Under the pieces are notes generated by a model. That model saw nothing but the letters and a program-made list of their open reading frames with translations, did no database searches and was not told where the DNA came from. A DNA stretch of 64,000 bases from Planctomycetota bacterium (GTDB lineage Bacteria; Planctomycetota; SZUA-567; H5-PLA8), in contig JBBRPR010000018.1 of assembly GCA_038227875.1 (NCBI GenBank), positions 32,001-96,000 on the forward strand, read 5' to 3'. Positions 21,295 through 31,646 of the stretch are shown here, piece after piece; position 1 is the stretch's first letter, and each line of letters opens with the position of its first letter. Both the position numbers and the translations under genes were made by a program.

Positions 21295-22293
21295 ATGGAT
21301 TCATCGCATCTTTCTCCAAATTTTATTATTCCCATCGGCACGCAGGTGGTGCTGAAAAAAGATCTCGAGGTCATGGGGACCGCGCTCGGGCCAGACGGGA
21401 AGCATTTATACAAAAAGGCGGGAAGTGTCGGCGTCGTGGAGCAGGCGCCGCTGACGCATGAATACACCTATCTGATTCGATTCTCTGATAACCATACGGT
21501 TCGCGCGGCGAAAATGGAGCTGGCGGTGCGGCGTGCGGAAGCGCCGGAGGATGCGATTCCGGAGCGCCACGCCGACGACTTTGAACAGTACGTCATCTAC
21601 AAAGTGCGGATGGGATCGAACGCGTTCGGTCTGGCCGATCAGAATTCCGACACGGATTTGCGCGGCGTGTATCTGCCGCCGGCCGAGTGGCATTGGTCGC
21701 TGCAGCCGCTGCCGGAGCAGATCGAGTACAAGCGCACGGCCGACGGCCGCCTGCTGGATCACAATTCGGAAGCGGACGCAGACGACGTGTGCTGGTGGGA
21801 GATCGAGAAGTTCATCCGCCTGGCGTTGAAAGCCAATCCGAACGTGCTGGAGGCGCTGTACGTTCCCGATCAGCACATCTTCTTCGCCGACGCGATGGGC
21901 TGGAAGCTCCGCGAACAGCGCGAGATGTTCATGTCGAAGTACGTCTACCAGACGTATTCGGGCTATGTGCTATCGCAGTTCAAGAAATTGAAGAAGGATA
22001 TTGAAAGCGGCGGGACGCCCAAGCACAAACATTCGATGCACTTGATCCGCCTGCTCTATTCGGGAATTGAAGCGGTACGGGGCCGCGGGATCATGGTCGA
22101 TGTCGGCGCGTACCGCGACGAGTTGCTCACGATCAAGCGCGGTGAAGTGCCGTTCGAGGCGGTGTATCAGAAGGCGTTGAAGTTGAACGCAGAGTTCGAA
22201 ACGGCGTATGGACAGACGACGCTACCGGACCGGCCCAACGTGGCGGCCGCCGATGCGTTTTTGATCGACGCTCGACGCAGCCGGGCCAGATAA
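21295..22293 (+). CDS. RlaP/Nuc-transf-type pol-beta nucleotidyltransferase with an extra N-terminal beta domain
   Basis: 'GSNAFGL...SDTDLRGVY', 'EKFIRLALKANPNVLE' and 'KHSMHLIRLL'. The upstream ORF extension runs through the repeat element, so the start is placed at ATG 21295. Confidence 0.85.
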   Translation: MDSSHLSPNFIIPIGTQVVLKKDLEVMGTALGPDGKHLYKKAGSVGVVEQAPLTHEYTYLIRFSDNHTVRAAKMELAVRRAEAPEDAIPERHADDFEQYVIYKVRMGSNAFGLADQNSDTDLRGVYLPPAEWHWSLQPLPEQIEYKRTADGRLLDHNSEADADDVCWWEIEKFIRLALKANPNVLEALYVPDQHIFFADAMGWKLREQREMFMSKYVYQTYSGYVLSQFKKLKKDIESGGTPKHKHSMHLIRLLYSGIEAVRGRGIMVDVGAYRDELLTIKRGEVPFEAVYQKALKLNAEFETAYGQTTLPDRPNVAAADAFLIDARRSRAR

Positions 22294-22310
22294 ATCGAAA
22301 CGAGGTGATT

Positions 22311-23108
22311 ATGAACCTGGATGAGATCAACCGGCTGGCCCTGGAACGCGGACGAAAAGCGATCGCCGATGGGACGATTCCCAATCCGCCGCGCTTTGTG
22401 TTCGTTACGATTTCCGGCGCGCATTTGTATGGCTTTCCGTCCGCGGATTCTGACATCGATCTGCGCGGAGCCCACGTGCTGCCGATGAAAGACGTAATCG
22501 GGCTTACAGATCCCAACGAGACGTATGAGACGATGGATGGCATCGTCGACGGCATCGAAGTCGATTGCGTTTCGCACGACGTGAAAAAGTACCTCTCGTT
22601 GCTGACGCGCAAGAACGGATACGTGCTCGAACAGATACTTTCGCCGCTGGTCGTTTACGATTCCGGAAAACTGGAAGAGCTGCGCACGCTCGCGCGCGGA
22701 GCGATCACAAAGCATATCGTTCATCACTACAAGGGTTTTTACCGCACGCAGGAAAAACTGGTGTTGAAGGACGAGGCCGCGACTGCGAAGGCCGTGCTGT
22801 ACTTGTTTCGCGTGCTGATGACCGGCCTGCATCTGCTGCGCAGCGGCGAAGTGCAGGCGAACATTTTGCGGCTGAACGAGGACGTATTCCATCTGCCATT
22901 CATTCCGGATCTGGTCGCGCGAAAGGTCGGTGGCAAGGAAAAAGGCCGGCTGAACGTCGGCGAACGCGAGCAATTGGTCGAGGAGGCGCGAAAGTTGGAA
23001 GCGCAGCTCGACCCGGCTTCGGCCGCGTCGCATTTGCCGGACGAGATTCAGAATTACGCGGCGATCAACGATTTTCTGATTCGCGAACGGCTGGCGCGGG
23101 GCAACTGA
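22311..23108 (+). CDS. RlaP/Nuc-transf-type (YcgL-like) nucleotidyltransferase
   Basis: 'SGAHLYGFPSADSDIDLRG', 'NGYVLEQILSP', 'HHYKGF' and 'LYLFRVLMTGLHL'. GAGGTG RBS. Confidence 0.87.
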   Translation: MNLDEINRLALERGRKAIADGTIPNPPRFVFVTISGAHLYGFPSADSDIDLRGAHVLPMKDVIGLTDPNETYETMDGIVDGIEVDCVSHDVKKYLSLLTRKNGYVLEQILSPLVVYDSGKLEELRTLARGAITKHIVHHYKGFYRTQEKLVLKDEAATAKAVLYLFRVLMTGLHLLRSGEVQANILRLNEDVFHLPFIPDLVARKVGGKEKGRLNVGEREQLVEEARKLEAQLDPASAASHLPDEIQNYAAINDFLIRERLARGN

Positions 23109-23113
23109 ATCGG

Positions 23114-23389
23114 TCAACGCGTGGTGAAATCGCAGAGCGCGAGAGTGATCATGATGAAGAGCCAGAATATTCCCGCCGCCGCGAAGACGCGTGTCAGCTT
23201 CTCGCCATAGTAGAGATGCATAAAGAAGCAGGCGACCAGCAGCGCCTTCACCACCGCGATGGTCATGGCGACAACGGTATTGCCCCAGCCCAGATCGAGC
23301 GAATCGAGCGCGACGGTGAGCGCCAGCAGGATCATCAACGCAACCCAAACGAGGATGTACGTGCGAAGCGGAACGATGTGAGTAGCCAT
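23114..23389 (-). CDS. ctaF: caa3-type cytochrome c oxidase subunit IV
   Basis: Three TM helices with 'IAVVKALLVACFFMHL'. Last gene of the operon. Confidence 0.85.
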   Translation of the reverse strand: MATHIVPLRTYILVWVALMILLALTVALDSLDLGWGNTVVAMTIAVVKALLVACFFMHLYYGEKLTRVFAAAGIFWLFIMITLALCDFTTR

Positions 23390-23405
23390 GGCGCTCGTCC
23401 TTGAA

Positions 23406-24068
23406 TTACGCGGCGTGATTTCCAATCAGGTAAAGCAACGGAAAGAGAAAGATCCAGACAATGTCCACGAAGTGCCAATAAAGCCCCGTCAATTCGATGG
23501 GCGCAAAATTGCCCGACGAATATTTTCCGCGCGAGGCGTGCACGGTCAAAAATCCGAGCAGTGCGATGCCGATCAACATGTGTAAGCCGTGCAGGCCCGT
23601 CATCACAAAGTACAGGCAGAAGAACAGTTCGACCTTGCGCGCGTCAACCCGCGGCGTATGGCTGACGAAACTGAAATGCGATCCCGGCACGAAGCCATCG
23701 ACCCAATCGGTGCGCCATTCAAAACCTTTAATCGTCAGAAACGTCGCGCCGAGCGCCATTGTGACGATCAGAAAAAAGACCAGCCGCTTTCGCGCTCCGA
23801 ATTGCGCGGCGTGTACGGCCAGCGCCATCGACAAACTGCTGCACAACAATACGGCTGTGTTCAACGTGCCGAGTTTGACGGAGAGCTGATGGCTGGCGAA
23901 CTGGAATTCGTGCGGGTAGGCGTGGCGGTAGACCACGTAACTCAAGATCAAGCCGCCGAAGAACAGCACTTCCGTCGCCAGAAAAGCCCACATGCCCAGC
24001 GTCACGGCCGAGTGCTGCTGCGCGAGATCGTCGAATTGCTCGTGGAGTACCGCGCCGGAGTCAGCCAA
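23406..24068 (-). CDS. ctaE: Cytochrome c oxidase subunit III
   Basis: '[16 protein letters not shown]', 'TGLHGLH' and '[11 protein letters not shown]'. TTG start after AAGGAG. Confidence 0.9.
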   Translation of the reverse strand: MADSGAVLHEQFDDLAQQHSAVTLGMWAFLATEVLFFGGLILSYVVYRHAYPHEFQFASHQLSVKLGTLNTAVLLCSSLSMALAVHAAQFGARKRLVFFLIVTMALGATFLTIKGFEWRTDWVDGFVPGSHFSFVSHTPRVDARKVELFFCLYFVMTGLHGLHMLIGIALLGFLTVHASRGKYSSGNFAPIELTGLYWHFVDIVWIFLFPLLYLIGNHAA

Positions 24069-25701
24069 CGAACTGCTCCTTTCCTTCCACATAGGTGTAC
24101 GCTTCGTCCGTGACCACGGGCGTGACATCAAAATTGTGCGTCTTCGGCGGCGAGTGCGTCTGCCACTCCAGACCCGTCGCCTGCCACGGATTCGATCCGG
24201 CCGGCTTGCCGTACTTCAGTGACCAGAGCAGATAGCAGAGCGGCAACACGTAGCCGACAGCAAGAATCGATGCGCCGGCCGTCGACATCACGTGGTAGAT
24301 CTGAAACTCCGGCGGGTACTCGTGGTAGCGTCGCGGCATGCCCAGGTAGCCAAGAATGAATTGCGGAAAGAAAGTGAGATTGAAGCCGACAAAAATAATC
24401 AGCGCGGAGAAGCGGCCCCACCATTCGGGGTACAACTTTCCCGACATCTTCGGCCACCAGTAATGAATCCCGCCGAGATACGCCATCACCGCGCCGCCGA
24501 CCATGATGTAATGAAAATGCGCGATGACGAAATACGTGTCGTGAACGTGAACGTCGATGCCCAGCGCGGCGAGAAGCAGTCCGGTCAGCCCGCCGATCGT
24601 GAATAGGCCGATGAAACCCAGCGCATAGAGCATCGGCGTATCCCACGCAATCGAACCGCGGTGCAGCGTCGCTGTCCAATTGAAGACCTTGATGGCTGAG
24701 GGAATGGCGACGAGATAACTGAGCAGCGAAAAGACCAGGCCGCCGTACATCGATTGACCTGAAACAAACAGGTGATGTCCCCACACCAAAAAACCGAGCA
24801 CGGCGATGGCCACGCTGGAGAGCGCAATGAACGAATAGCCAAACGGCCTGCGCCGCGAGAAGCAGGAGATCAATTCACTAACCACGCCCATGGCCGGAAG
24901 GATCATGATGTAGACCGCGGGGTGCGAGTAAAACCAGAAGAGATGCTGAAAGAGCAGCGGGTCGCCGCCGATCGACGGATCGAAAATGCCGATGTGAAAA
25001 ACACGCTCGATCCCAACCATTGTCAGCGTGATGGCCAGCACCGGCGTGGCGAGCACGAAAACAATGCTGGTGGCGTACATCGACCAGATGAACAGCGGCA
25101 AGCGGCTCCAGGTCAATCCCGGCGCGCGCATGCGATGAATGGTGACGATGAAATTCAGGCCCGTCAAAATCGACGAGAAGCCATTGATGAAAATTCCGAT
25201 TACCGCCAGCATCACATGGCTATTGGAAAACATGCTGCTGTACGGCGTGTAGAACGTCCAGCCCGTGTCGACGCCGCCAAGGACGATCGAGGCAATCGTC
25301 AGCGCGGCGCTGAACATGTAGATGTACCAGCTCGCCAGATTCAGCTTCGGAAATGCCAGGTCGCGCGCGCCGATCATCAGCGGCACCAGGAAATTCCCGA
25401 GCACCGCGGGGATCGACGGAATCAGGAAAAACCAGACCATGATCACGCCGTGAATCGTGAAAAGCTTATTGTACGTCTCGTTGCTGACCAGATCGGCCTG
25501 CGGCGTCATCAACTCGAGGCGGAAAATCACCGCCGCCGCCCCGCCCAGGAAAAAGAAAAACGTGATCGCCAGAAGATAGAGAATCGCGATGCGTTTGTGA
25601 TCGGTCGTGAGCAGCCACGATTTCAGGCTGTAGCCTTCCTCCACAAACGTGCCCGGATGCGGCGGATAATCTGCCACGCGCTCAGCGGTAGTCGCGCTCA
25701 T
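24061..25701 (-). CDS. ctaD: Cytochrome c oxidase subunit I (type A2)
   Basis: '[10 protein letters not shown]' (YS motif of the A2 type), WGHH, 'AHFHY' and 'GMPRRY'. Confidence 0.96.
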   Translation of the reverse strand: MSATTAERVADYPPHPGTFVEEGYSLKSWLLTTDHKRIAILYLLAITFFFFLGGAAAVIFRLELMTPQADLVSNETYNKLFTIHGVIMVWFFLIPSIPAVLGNFLVPLMIGARDLAFPKLNLASWYIYMFSAALTIASIVLGGVDTGWTFYTPYSSMFSNSHVMLAVIGIFINGFSSILTGLNFIVTIHRMRAPGLTWSRLPLFIWSMYATSIVFVLATPVLAITLTMVGIERVFHIGIFDPSIGGDPLLFQHLFWFYSHPAVYIMILPAMGVVSELISCFSRRRPFGYSFIALSSVAIAVLGFLVWGHHLFVSGQSMYGGLVFSLLSYLVAIPSAIKVFNWTATLHRGSIAWDTPMLYALGFIGLFTIGGLTGLLLAALGIDVHVHDTYFVIAHFHYIMVGGAVMAYLGGIHYWWPKMSGKLYPEWWGRFSALIIFVGFNLTFFPQFILGYLGMPRRYHEYPPEFQIYHVMSTAGASILAVGYVLPLCYLLWSLKYGKPAGSNPWQATGLEWQTHSPPKTHNFDVTPVVTDEAYTYVEGKEQFVG

Positions 25702-26654
25702 GGCTTGACCTCCGTGCTTTCAGGTCGTTTCGCTGACGCGAGCGACTTAATGTACGCGATCAGTTGAATGACTTGTTCCTCAGAGAGAATGCCTTTGTAG
25801 GCGGGCATCACTGTCGTGTACCCGGCAGCAATTTGCGCGCTGGGTTGCAGGATGGAATTGCGCAGGTAATTGTCATCCGCGAACACGACTGTGCCGTCGC
25901 TGAGTTTCACGTTGCTACGGTAGAGACCTGCCAAAGTTGGGCCGTGCTGTCCGTGGCACGTGTCGCAGGCGAACGTGTGAAAGAGCGCCGCGCCGGCTTC
26001 AGCGGCGGGAACATCGGGCGTGCCCGACGCGAGCCATTCAGCGTAGCGCACCGGCTCCATGACGTACACCCAGCCGATCATTTTGGAATGCTCGGTGCCG
26101 CAATATTGACTGCAGAAGAAATGGTATTTTCCAACTTTGGTCGGAGTGAACCATTCCTGCGTGTACGTTCCGGGCAGCGCATCCTTTTTCGTGCGAAATG
26201 CCGGCACGTAAAAATCGTGGATCACATCCATCGACGTCAGGATCAAGCGCACCGGTTTTCCCAGCGGCAAATGCAGTTCGTTGATCTCACGCTTGCCTTC
26301 GGGATGTTGAATCTTCCACATCCATTGCTTGCCGACGACGTACACGTCCATGGCATCGGGCGGCGGCGTCTGCTCTTGGATAAAAATTCGCGCGCCCCAG
26401 CCGAAGAGACCAAGTGCGATGACCAGCGGCGTGATCGTCCAGATCAGCTCCAGGCGTAGCGCTCCGTGAACGGGTTTGGGTGTCGGAACTTCACCCGGCT
26501 TGCGGCGATAGCGCACGGCAAAATAAAGAATGCATCCGCCGATCCCGAGGATCAGGACTGCGCTGAACCCCAGCAAACAAAAGTAGAGCAGGTCCACTTC
26601 ACCAGCGATGGACGACGCCTGCTCGGGAACAAAGCGGAACGATTCGGGATTCAT
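25698..26654 (-). CDS. ctaC: Cytochrome c oxidase subunit II with C-terminal cytochrome c (caa3)
   Basis: CuA motif DVIH...[12 protein letters not shown] and a C-terminal CDTCH. Confidence 0.95.
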   Translation of the reverse strand: MNPESFRFVPEQASSIAGEVDLLYFCLLGFSAVLILGIGGCILYFAVRYRRKPGEVPTPKPVHGALRLELIWTITPLVIALGLFGWGARIFIQEQTPPPDAMDVYVVGKQWMWKIQHPEGKREINELHLPLGKPVRLILTSMDVIHDFYVPAFRTKKDALPGTYTQEWFTPTKVGKYHFFCSQYCGTEHSKMIGWVYVMEPVRYAEWLASGTPDVPAAEAGAALFHTFACDTCHGQHGPTLAGLYRSNVKLSDGTVVFADDNYLRNSILQPSAQIAAGYTTVMPAYKGILSEEQVIQLIAYIKSLASAKRPESTEVKP

Positions 26655-27478
26655 GGGTGCCCCCGGGCAGTCTGCACCGCGGGAACGAGCCTCATGCGCC
26701 GTTCGCGGCGCAACGAGATGAAAATGAAAACGGCAAGCGCCAGCACGGTGGCCACCCCGCCCGCTCGAATCGCGGTGAGGACAGCGAACCCGTACTTTCC
26801 CGTCGCCGGATCGTAGCGGTAGCAGAAAAGCAGCACCTGATCGCTGAGCGTGCCGATGGAATTCTGCGACGCCTCCACCAACGCGAGGCGCAGGTCACGC
26901 GCGGAAAAATCGATGCCGAGAAAATATTTGGAGACTTTGCCCTGCGGTGTAAGCAAAACGATGCCGCTGGGATGTATGTACTGCCGCGCGGTGGGATCGT
27001 AGATGAAACGATAACCGACGCTCTGCGTCAGGAGGCGAATCGATTCGGCATCGCCGGTGAGAAAATGCCAGCCGTCGGCGGTTCCGGGACGCCGGTAGGC
27101 GTGCAGGTATTCGATCTTCTTTTTTGCGGCGAGCTCCGAGCGCTCGGTGGGATCTATGCTGACGAACACAATGGAATAATCGGTTCCCGCGTCGAGCGAA
27201 AGAACGCGCAGGCAACTGGTCAACCCATCTAGCACCGCGGTGCAGAGCATCGGGCAACCGTAATATCCCAGCACCAGAATCGTTGGCTTGTTGGTCGGAC
27301 AGAAATCGCGCAGCGGCGCCGATTTTCCGGACTCGTCACGAAACACGAGCGTCAGCGGAACGTCCGCGTTCAGCTTCTGATCAAAGCCGACGTCGCGCAG
27401 GATGTTTTCCTGAACCGTCTGCGCGCCCAGTGCTGGAGCACTCGCCAGCACGAACACCACGAGAAGTCGGAGACTCAT
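26651..27478 (-). CDS. SCO1/SenC-family protein
   Basis: CPMLC (CxxxC), 'YIHPSG' and 'LFCYRYDP..GKY'. Confidence 0.9.
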   Translation of the reverse strand: MSLRLLVVFVLASAPALGAQTVQENILRDVGFDQKLNADVPLTLVFRDESGKSAPLRDFCPTNKPTILVLGYYGCPMLCTAVLDGLTSCLRVLSLDAGTDYSIVFVSIDPTERSELAAKKKIEYLHAYRRPGTADGWHFLTGDAESIRLLTQSVGYRFIYDPTARQYIHPSGIVLLTPQGKVSKYFLGIDFSARDLRLALVEASQNSIGTLSDQVLLFCYRYDPATGKYGFAVLTAIRAGGVATVLALAVFIFISLRRERRMRLVPAVQTARGHP

Positions 27479-27969
27479 GGCTTGACCTCCGGGGTTTGCG
27501 GCGTCGTCCCGCGAATGAGGCCAGCATCAGTATCGGCGCCGGGCTTGTCAGAGTCGAACATCGGCAATCCCCGTTGACTCACAAGTTCGATGGCGCGCGA
27601 CACCGGAACGCGGGTGATCCCGGCCTTTCGATCGATCCATCCATATGTTGTCAGCCGCGCCGATTCCGCTTTCCGAATAGTCTCGAGGTCCGCGGCCTCG
27701 TCGATTTGAAGACGAGGTTCGGGAGGCAAATCGAAATGCGTGGCAACCCCCTGCGTGTGCGCGCCAGGATTGGGCTTCGCATCCATGTAATTGAGTCCCG
27801 CCAGATAAATCCAGAGCACGCCGTGAGTCAGCAGCACTACCGCAAGCAACGCGAGCGCCGTCCAGAAAATCGCACGGGGCGACACATCGCTCGCTTCGTG
27901 CCGGTGTTCCCCCGGCGGAAGATGCTGGATCCCCGGAGCATTTGCGGGAGTCGGCGCTGGCGTGGGCAT
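27475..27969 (-). CDS. Small single-TM ACIII-operon protein (ActG-like position)
   Basis: ATG overlaps the actF stop. 'HEASDV', one TM, 'PPEPRLQ' and 'YGWID...RVPVSRA'. Confidence 0.7.
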   Translation of the reverse strand: MPTPAPTPANAPGIQHLPPGEHRHEASDVSPRAIFWTALALLAVVLLTHGVLWIYLAGLNYMDAKPNPGAHTQGVATHFDLPPEPRLQIDEAADLETIRKAESARLTTYGWIDRKAGITRVPVSRAIELVSQRGLPMFDSDKPGADTDAGLIRGTTPQTPEVKP

Positions 27970-29147
27970 CACTGACCCTCCGCAAGTGTGATCGGCGCGA
28001 GCACGTTTGGAAATTCCGGAGCGCGCACAGGAAGGATCCGGCGCCGCTGAATCAGCCATGCGAACTGCGCGAGCCAAAGACCACCGATGCCACAGAATGC
28101 CGCGATGTACGCGACATGAAATTCCATCCCGTGCAATTGAAAGGCAGGAGCTTGCAGCCAATACGCATTCAAAATTTGCGAAACAAATACAAGCACAGCA
28201 ACGCGCGCCAGCCGCCGCGGGTCGCGTTTTCGCGCGCGGAAGAGCAGCAGGAAAAATGGAACGACGAAGGCTATCGCGAACAGTATCGCGGCGACGATGG
28301 TCCAGCCGCCTTCCAACCGGGACAAATACCACGCAATTTCAATCTCTGCGTTCCCAGACCAGATCACGATCAACTGCGCGAAATTGAGGTATGCCCAGAA
28401 AAAAACGAACGTAAAAAGCAGCGATCCGAGGTCGTGAAAGCGTTGCGCGTTCAGCGCCGGCGCCCCCGCCGGGTCATCGGCGATCAGCGCGGCTATCACC
28501 GTGACGAACGCGAAACTGGAAGCGGCCTGGCCGGACATGACCATCAACGGATAAATGGACGAATACCAATGAGGCTCCAGTGACATCAGCCAATCCATCC
28601 ACGCGAACGACCCGCTGAGAATCAGCAGTACAATTCCGGGACCGCTCAGAGCGACCAATTGTTGGGTGGGACGCGGCGATGCGGTGCGGTCTTGCGTGCT
28701 CGAACCTCTGAAGAAAAGCCACGCCAGCACGCTCCAAAGCGCGAGATAGCCGGCGGCGCGAAGGCTGAAGAATGCAGGATTGAGGTAGTTGGACTTGTGA
28801 AGCAACACGGGATCCGCGGCAAGAATCTCGGGCCTAGCCCAAATGTAGACGGCGGGCAATCGCGTGAGTATCGGCAGAAAGGCGAAGGCCATCAGCGGCA
28901 TGGTCATTGCGCCTGCCTCAAAAATGCGGCGCGTCGCCACGCCCCACGCACCGCCCATGGCGTAGTGAAACAGCAGGATGGCCAGGCTGCCGAGACTCAT
29001 GCCGATCCAAAATTCAAACCCGAACAACCAGCCGCGCAAAAACGAGTCGGGATCAAAGCTGAGACTCGCCAGTGCAACGGCGATCCCGATCACACCCAGC
29101 ATGATTCCAATGCGGAACATCAGCGGAAATAATCGAGCGCAGCTCAT
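27969..29147 (-). CDS. actF: Alternative complex III subunit F
   Basis: Polytopic protein with 'DWLMSLEPHWYSSIY', 'HDLG.LL' and 'WAYLNFAQLIVIW'. Confidence 0.88.
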   Translation of the reverse strand: MSCARLFPLMFRIGIMLGVIGIAVALASLSFDPDSFLRGWLFGFEFWIGMSLGSLAILLFHYAMGGAWGVATRRIFEAGAMTMPLMAFAFLPILTRLPAVYIWARPEILAADPVLLHKSNYLNPAFFSLRAAGYLALWSVLAWLFFRGSSTQDRTASPRPTQQLVALSGPGIVLLILSGSFAWMDWLMSLEPHWYSSIYPLMVMSGQAASSFAFVTVIAALIADDPAGAPALNAQRFHDLGSLLFTFVFFWAYLNFAQLIVIWSGNAEIEIAWYLSRLEGGWTIVAAILFAIAFVVPFFLLLFRARKRDPRRLARVAVLVFVSQILNAYWLQAPAFQLHGMEFHVAYIAAFCGIGGLWLAQFAWLIQRRRILPVRAPEFPNVLAPITLAEGQ

Positions 29148-29728
29148 GGCGCGGAGTCCTCAAGCCGCGTTTGGAAATCCGGCGGGACATCGTCGCGTTC
29201 GGCGTGCTGGCTGAGTTGCAGAACCCGGATGTACGCGGCGATTGCCCAGCGGTCTTCCACGGAAACGCGCGAGGCCGCCGGGTACATGGCGCCTTTGCCA
29301 TAGGTCATCACGAAAACGAAATGTCCGATCGGCGCATTGCGCAGCGCTGCGCTGTGATAGGACGGTGGCGGAGAAAATCCGCGCTGCACCACGACGCCGT
29401 GGCCGTATCCGTCCCGGCCATGGCACATCGCACAGTGAATTTCAAAGCGCTCCTGGCCGCGCTGAAGAGTTTCGGCGGTGATGGGCATCGGCGGCTTAGT
29501 CGCCAATTTCCCATCGGGTTGGACGCCTGTGAAATACACGCTGTCGTGATTGGCTGAACCGCGCTCCACGGTGTTGGGGACGCGTGGGCGTGACGACGCG
29601 CCATCGGCAAATGCCGGCGATGGATCCAGTGGCTTGTACGCGCCCGAATGTCCCATGGGCTGACCACAACCGCACGCGGCGACGCCAATCAGCGCAAGGA
29701 GCGCGAGGTTAAGCACGCGGGGCGTCAT
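29144..29728 (-). CDS. actE: Alternative complex III subunit E, monoheme lipoprotein
   Basis: Lipobox-like AACGC, CAMCH and 'DRWAIAAYIRVLQ'. Confidence 0.9.
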   Translation of the reverse strand: MTPRVLNLALLALIGVAACGCGQPMGHSGAYKPLDPSPAFADGASSRPRVPNTVERGSANHDSVYFTGVQPDGKLATKPPMPITAETLQRGQERFEIHCAMCHGRDGYGHGVVVQRGFSPPPSYHSAALRNAPIGHFVFVMTYGKGAMYPAASRVSVEDRWAIAAYIRVLQLSQHAERDDVPPDFQTRLEDSAP

Positions 29729-30261
29729 GCCGGCACCTCATGCACAGAAACGGCGCCGAGACTTTCCGTGAATGCGCGCGTGGCGATGGCATCGAATTTC
29801 GGGTCGAGTTTTTCGATGCAGAGAAAAAAGTGATCTCGCTGTGCGCGGGAGAACTCTGGTACGTTGAACAACGGGTGGTACGGCATCGGCAGTCGGTTGG
29901 CGACCAGCATGCCCAGCACCGCGCCCAGCGCAGCGAAGAGAATCGTCATTTCAAACGTGACGGGAATGAACGCCGGCCAGCTGTTCAACGGGCGGCCGCC
30001 GACGTTGATCGGGTAGTCGAATTTCGCGAGGTAGTACTGCATCAGAAAACCTGTCGATGCTCCGAACAAACCACAGCACAACACGAAGTTCTGCAGGCGC
30101 GACGGAGGCTTGCCGAGCGCGTCGGTCAGACCGTCGACTGGAAAGGGTGTGTACGCTTCAATGCGGCGATAACCGGCGTCGTGCGCCCTTTTTGCCGCAG
30201 AGAGAATGGCTTCGACGGATTCGAATTCAGCGACAAGGCCATAGAGATCTTCCGGTGCCAT
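29725..30261 (-). CDS. actD: Alternative complex III subunit D (DUF3341)
   Basis: 'AYTPFPV' and 'GGRP..SWPAFIPVTFE'. Confidence 0.9.
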   Translation of the reverse strand: MAPEDLYGLVAEFESVEAILSAAKRAHDAGYRRIEAYTPFPVDGLTDALGKPPSRLQNFVLCCGLFGASTGFLMQYYLAKFDYPINVGGRPLNSWPAFIPVTFEMTILFAALGAVLGMLVANRLPMPYHPLFNVPEFSRAQRDHFFLCIEKLDPKFDAIATRAFTESLGAVSVHEVPA

Positions 30262-30266
30262 GGCGA

Positions 30267-31646
30267 TTATTCCCCCGCCGCCGTGGCATGAGGTTCAGCC
30301 GATTTTTCATGGACGAGCTTGCGGACTTCCGACATCGAAATCATTGGCAGCACACGAATGAACATCAGGAACAGAAAGAGGAACAACCCCATCGAACCGA
30401 TGAACGTGGCCCAATCCCAGAACGTCGCGTGATAGTCGTGCCACTTGGACGGCATGAATTCGCGGTGAAGGCTTTGCACCACAATCATGAACCGCTCGGC
30501 CCACATGCCGACATTTACCAGGATCGCAATCGAAAAGAGAAGCGCTTCGTTTTTTCGCACGCTGGGTGACCAGAGCGCTTGCGGAATCAGCACGTTGCAA
30601 GCGAGCACGACCCAGAATACGTAGCCGTAGTGACCCAGCGCGCGATCAAATTGCATGTAATGCTCGTAGATGTCACCGCTGTAGAATCCGGCCAGAAAAA
30701 TTTCCATGGTGTAGCCGTACGCAACCATCAGGCTGGTCGCCAACAGCAGCTTGGCCATGCAGTCGAGGTGGCGCCGTGTAATCAACGCCTCGAGCGCATA
30801 GATGCGCCGCAGCGGAATGGCCAGGGTTAGCACCATCGCAAACCCGGAGAAAATCGCGCCGGCAACGAAGTACGGCGGAAAGATCGTGGAGTGCCAGCCG
30901 GGCACAATTCCGGCCGCAAAATCAAGACTGACGACCGTGTGCACGGAGATGACCAGCGGCGCGGCCAGCCCGGCCAGCAGTCGGTACGCATTTTCGTAGC
31001 GTTCCCAATGCGTCGCCGATCCGCGCCAGCCCAGCGCCAGTATGCCGTAGATCGTTCGTGCAAATCTGTTTCTGGCGTGTTCGCGCATCGTGGCGAGATC
31101 GGGAATCAAACCCACGTACCAGAACAGCAGTGAAACGGTCAGGTACGTCGACACGGCGAAGAAGTCCCAGACCAGCGGGCTGCGAAAATTCGGCCAGATC
31201 GACATTGTGTTCGGATACGGTGCGATCCAGTAAAAGTAGATCGGGCGGCCCAGATGCAGCAGTGGAAACAGTCCCGCGCAGGCGACGGCAAAGAGCGTCA
31301 TCGCTTCCGCGAAGCGGTTGATCGAAGTCCGCCACTGCTGATGCAGCAGCAGGAGAAATGCGGAGATCAACGTCCCGGCGTGGCCGATGCCGATCCAGAA
31401 GACAAAATTGACGATGGCAAATCCCCAGGCCACCGGAATGTTGATGCCCCAAATGCCGACGCCGCGAATCAAGACATTGGCAATCGCGAACAACAGCAAT
31501 CCGACGATCAGCAGCGACACTGAGATCAGCAGCAACCATCCCGGCTTGAAATTCTTCGTGAGTACCAGCGACGTGATTTTGTCGGTCACTGACGCGTAAG
31601 TCTGGCCGGGAGCGAGCACCTCTTCAGTGACTTCGCTGGAGTTCAT
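30267..31646 (-). CDS. actC: Alternative complex III subunit C (NrfD/PsrC type)
   Basis: 'NFVFWIGIGHAGTLISA', 'HLGRP', 'SPLVWD' and 'VISVHTVVS'. ATGA overlap with actB. Confidence 0.93.
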   Translation of the reverse strand: MNSSEVTEEVLAPGQTYASVTDKITSLVLTKNFKPGWLLLISVSLLIVGLLLFAIANVLIRGVGIWGINIPVAWGFAIVNFVFWIGIGHAGTLISAFLLLLHQQWRTSINRFAEAMTLFAVACAGLFPLLHLGRPIYFYWIAPYPNTMSIWPNFRSPLVWDFFAVSTYLTVSLLFWYVGLIPDLATMREHARNRFARTIYGILALGWRGSATHWERYENAYRLLAGLAAPLVISVHTVVSLDFAAGIVPGWHSTIFPPYFVAGAIFSGFAMVLTLAIPLRRIYALEALITRRHLDCMAKLLLATSLMVAYGYTMEIFLAGFYSGDIYEHYMQFDRALGHYGYVFWVVLACNVLIPQALWSPSVRKNEALLFSIAILVNVGMWAERFMIVVQSLHREFMPSKWHDYHATFWDWATFIGSMGLFLFLFLMFIRVLPMISMSEVRKLVHEKSAEPHATAAGE

